This document shows, piece by piece, positions 61,101 to 64,000 of a stretch of 64,000 nt of DNA. The notes under the pieces were generated by a model that was not told the origin of the DNA, did not search any database, and saw only the letters and a program-made list of their open reading frames with translations. The stretch spans positions 21,082,001 to 21,146,000 of the forward strand of contig OZ076409.1 in the NCBI GenBank assembly GCA_964187785.1. The letters run 5' to 3'. How positions within the stretch are numbered: the stretch's first letter is position 1; the number at the start of each line of letters is the position of its first letter. A program made the translations under genes and the position numbers. Origin of the DNA: Amphiscolops sp. MND2022. Lineage: Eukaryota.

Positions 61101-64000
61101 TTGAAAATTGTTATAATGTGAGACTCATTTATTGCCACTTTTGGGCCATCATTTCACGACAATGAAAGTAAAACGCGAAAGTGGACTTGACTTGGATGAT
61201 TTTTTCAACCACATGTTTTGTCAACTAGTAAAATTGAGTGTTTTGATAACTTTACAACTTGAACACATTGAAAAGACCAGGAAACGCTTCTTTGATGACG
61301 ATTTGGACCAAGAACTTTGCTAGTCTTGTGATTTTAATTGAATTAAGAGTTTAAAATGTCCGCCATTTTGATGTTACATTCACGATGAAAACCTTCCAAA
61401 AATTCCTGTCTCTAAAATTTCTGTGAGCATTCTAAAAATGCACTTCTGGAAGGGAAAACACAGTAGCTACTGACCTAAGACATTGATGAAAAAGTCTCGA
61501 GATATATTGCCAGCGCTGTTAACAGCCACACACGTGTATACCCCGGCGTCTCTTGGTTTCACACTCAAGATGTAATACTTCACATCCACGTATTGCAGCC
61601 GCTTCTCCAGAGCAGCAGGAAACTCTCCGTTATGTGCCTTGTTGAACTTGATTTCGGGCATAGGGTCTCCGGCGGCTTCGCAGAATAACTCGACAGTGGA
61701 GTTCACCCTAGAGGTGACGTTTTTGGGAGGCAGTGTGAAGTAAGGTTTCACATGTACGTTCAAGTCTGCGATGTGTGAGTAGTCTGACCCGAACTCATTG
61801 TGTGCTGCACATTGATAGGGACCTTCGTTCGAGTTCGTTACCTGAATGTTCAATTTATACCTTTTTAATTTCAATAGAAACCCAAATACAGTCAACTCCG
61901 GTTAATTCGTATCCGGATATTTCAGATCTTCGTTTAATTCGTTCGTCTTTGAGACCCCCATTTCAGGACGACCAAAGTAAAATCATCCTGTTAATTCGTA
62001 TTTCTCGTTATTCGTAGTATTTTATTCGGTCCCTAGTGATACGAATTAGGCGGATTCCACTGTAGCATTAAAATTCTTGTAAATTAAAGTCAATCACATT
62101 CGGATATAAGTAGGTTTGAACAGGGCCGCAATTTTGCGGTTCGGTTGGACAAGACTGATTAGATACCAAGCGGATACAACAGTATCCCTCGACTATGAGA
62201 AATGGATTACTTATTCAAGAATTGGGTACCATGTAAGACGAAAAATGAAATAGACTTTTGCTCCAAAACGATTAACTATTATTCTTGTTGATATTTGACT
62301 CCATCATAAATTTAGGTTTTAATAACTTCAAATAGTTATAGTCTCAGATGGACAAATCGTACGAGATATTCCGGCAGAATCTTATCAAAAGTCCGTCCGG
62401 ATAAACAAGACCGGACCTGAAATCCGGGACATCTTTAGTATAACGAAAGTTTTACGGCAGAAAATGCGGTATAAAAAATTGTTTACACTGAAAAAAACCT
62501 AGTAACCTGAAAAACAAATTCAAGTTTTCAACATGCTAAGTTCTCAAAATAGTGACACTCACCTTGGTGAGTGTCAAGGTGGAAGACATGATGACCACAG
62601 TTCCTTCACTAGACCCTGTTGCTCCTGCCACGTGATCTTCAGTAGTTCTGATGACCGCGTGTTCCGTTGAATTAGGTTCAATCACTTTGGACTTGAACGT
62701 CCACTCTATGCGAGGCATCTGAATCAAGGCTCCAGATTTGACCACACACATGAAAGATACATCTTCATTTAGGAGCACAGACTGTGTTTGAGGCTGCGAT
62801 ACTACGTTGGGTCGAGCTGATGTCTCGGAACACTGCAATTCTGGGACCCTCAAGTCGAAGAGTTTCTGACTCCGAAATACTTCCGGGTAAGCACACCTGA
62901 AACGAAACATTTGGTTAAAACAAGCTTCAAAAATTTTCAAAGTCGAGTTACAAAAACATCGATATATAGACTAAAAGTGGTATGATAAAATCATGAAATA
63001 ACATTGAACAAAAATTTCAATGTATTCAACTCAGCTAGCGAATAATTCTTAGAAAACAGCTAAAAACATTCAATTCGTATGAGGCATTTCTTTTGACCAC
63101 AAATGTATTGAATATCGGAAGACGTAAGAAACGTATGTAAAGGATACATAGTTTTTTGGAAAACAGTGAATTTCAAATCCAATGTATGAAATAAAGATGT
63201 ATTGCGAATGTAGCATAAAGACAACATGAAACGTGAAAGTATGCTTTCTAACCTGATATCTAAAGTTGCTTCAAACGATGCCGATAGCAACCACTTGGGA
63301 AGCCAGGCGACGTTGCAGTCACAATACATGTTTCTGGTCGACAGCTGCAAGAGTTGCAAACTGGGGAATAAATGGGAGAGAGGCTCTTCTGATAGCGTAG
63401 AAATAGATGTGTCCATCAACGAGAGATATTGCAATTTGGGCGAAATTTCCATCAAGATTCCATCTAAATACAACAATGATGGAACAAAATTTGTTCCTAA
63501 ACAATTATTTAATGTCGTCAGATTTATGTTCGATCCCAGTGTTCAAGTTGATATTCGAAGAAATGGGCGGTGTCCGTTAAAATCTGCTGAACTATAGAAA
63601 CGTCATTAGCCCTTAGAAACATTCGAAATGCCCATGGTGTTTTAAATGCAGGAAGGCTAGTTTTGACAAAGGATAATTTGAAGGGTAGCAAATCACTGCG
63701 AAAGGAGGGCAGCCGAGTACAACCGTTTTTGAATCCGTTCACATTAGATTAGCATTAGCACAACTTTTGACCTATGATACAACTTTGGAACAACTTTTTG
63801 AGTATAAAAATTTTTGGCATGTTGCCAAATGGACATTACCCATTTCTAGCACTAACCAGGAAGGTTTTTGATGGGGTTGCTGGACATGTTTAGATGGAGC
63901 AAATTGGGCATGCTCGCAAAGATATTGGCACTTTTTTCGAAGGAACTCAACAGGTTGTGAGCCAGGTCGAGCTTCTCCAGAGACACTAGATTAGCGAAGG
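55173..64000 (-). CDS. LRIG: LRIG-family receptor (leucine-rich repeats, three Ig domains, transmembrane helix, long cytoplasmic tail); 5' part beyond the window
   Basis: Phase-compatible GT-AG exons 64000-63857, 63463-63253, 62896-62563, 61841-61475, 60434-59925, 59655-59206, 59024-58748, 58461-58067, 57438-57256, 56749-56452 and 55332-55173. LRRs (LEKLDLAHNLL), LRRCT (MYCDCNVAWLPKWL...CAYP), Ig motifs (GPYQC, DAGVYTC, DAGLYTC) and TM IIIVVFCVVLTSLIWV, typical of LRIG/lambik/SMA-10. The last exons are less certain. Confidence 0.88.
55391..55752 (+). mobile_element. HINE/DINE-1-like copy in the last LRIG intron
   Basis: Starts CAAGCCGGGAA (internally deleted) and ends AAGCGCCGACTAAAAA. Confidence 0.65.
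56038..56427. mobile_element. Probable hAT-type MITE
   Basis: Imperfect TIRs CAGTGGCATAACCGCTA / TAGCGATCAAACCACTG; flanks share CACAA (degenerate TSD). Confidence 0.55.
61889..62062. mobile_element. Tc1/mariner (pogo/Tigger-like) MITE, 174 bp
   Basis: TA on both sides; TIRs CAGTCAACTCCGGTTAATTCGTATC / GATACGAATTAGGCGGATTCCACTG. Confidence 0.8.

Overview
Eukaryotic (animal, AT-rich, intron-containing, transposon-dense) genomic DNA with no prokaryotic features. The centrepiece is a complete 15,277-bp Ty3/Gypsy-type LTR retrotransposon (element C, 16540-31816, +). It has 1,731-bp near-identical LTRs, an AGTAG target-site duplication and gag-pol joined by an A AAA AAC -1 frameshift. Its architecture is unusual. 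(i) About 190 gag codons lie inside the LTR and read through the PBS. (ii) Downstream of pol it carries an antisense, five-exon spliced gene (~1,250 aa) with a BED-type zinc finger and what looks like a catalytically dead hAT-transposase body. (iii) A divergently oriented acidic ORF3 ends inside the LTR, and that tail is conserved at protein level in a sister element. (iv) A motif-rich spacer lies between these two genes. (v) There is no canonical polypurine tract. A diverged sister element (A) runs off the left edge (1-6817, -). The window also holds a non-coding or decayed LTR element (B, 8456-13477), a decayed Gypsy element (D, 33827-39616), many Helentron-type (HINE/DINE-1-like) repeats, several MITEs, tRNA-derived cassettes, and the 3' part of a host LRIG-family gene (LRR-3xIg-TM, minus strand, ~55.2-64 kb). 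All family assignments are by-eye motif recognition, not database searches.
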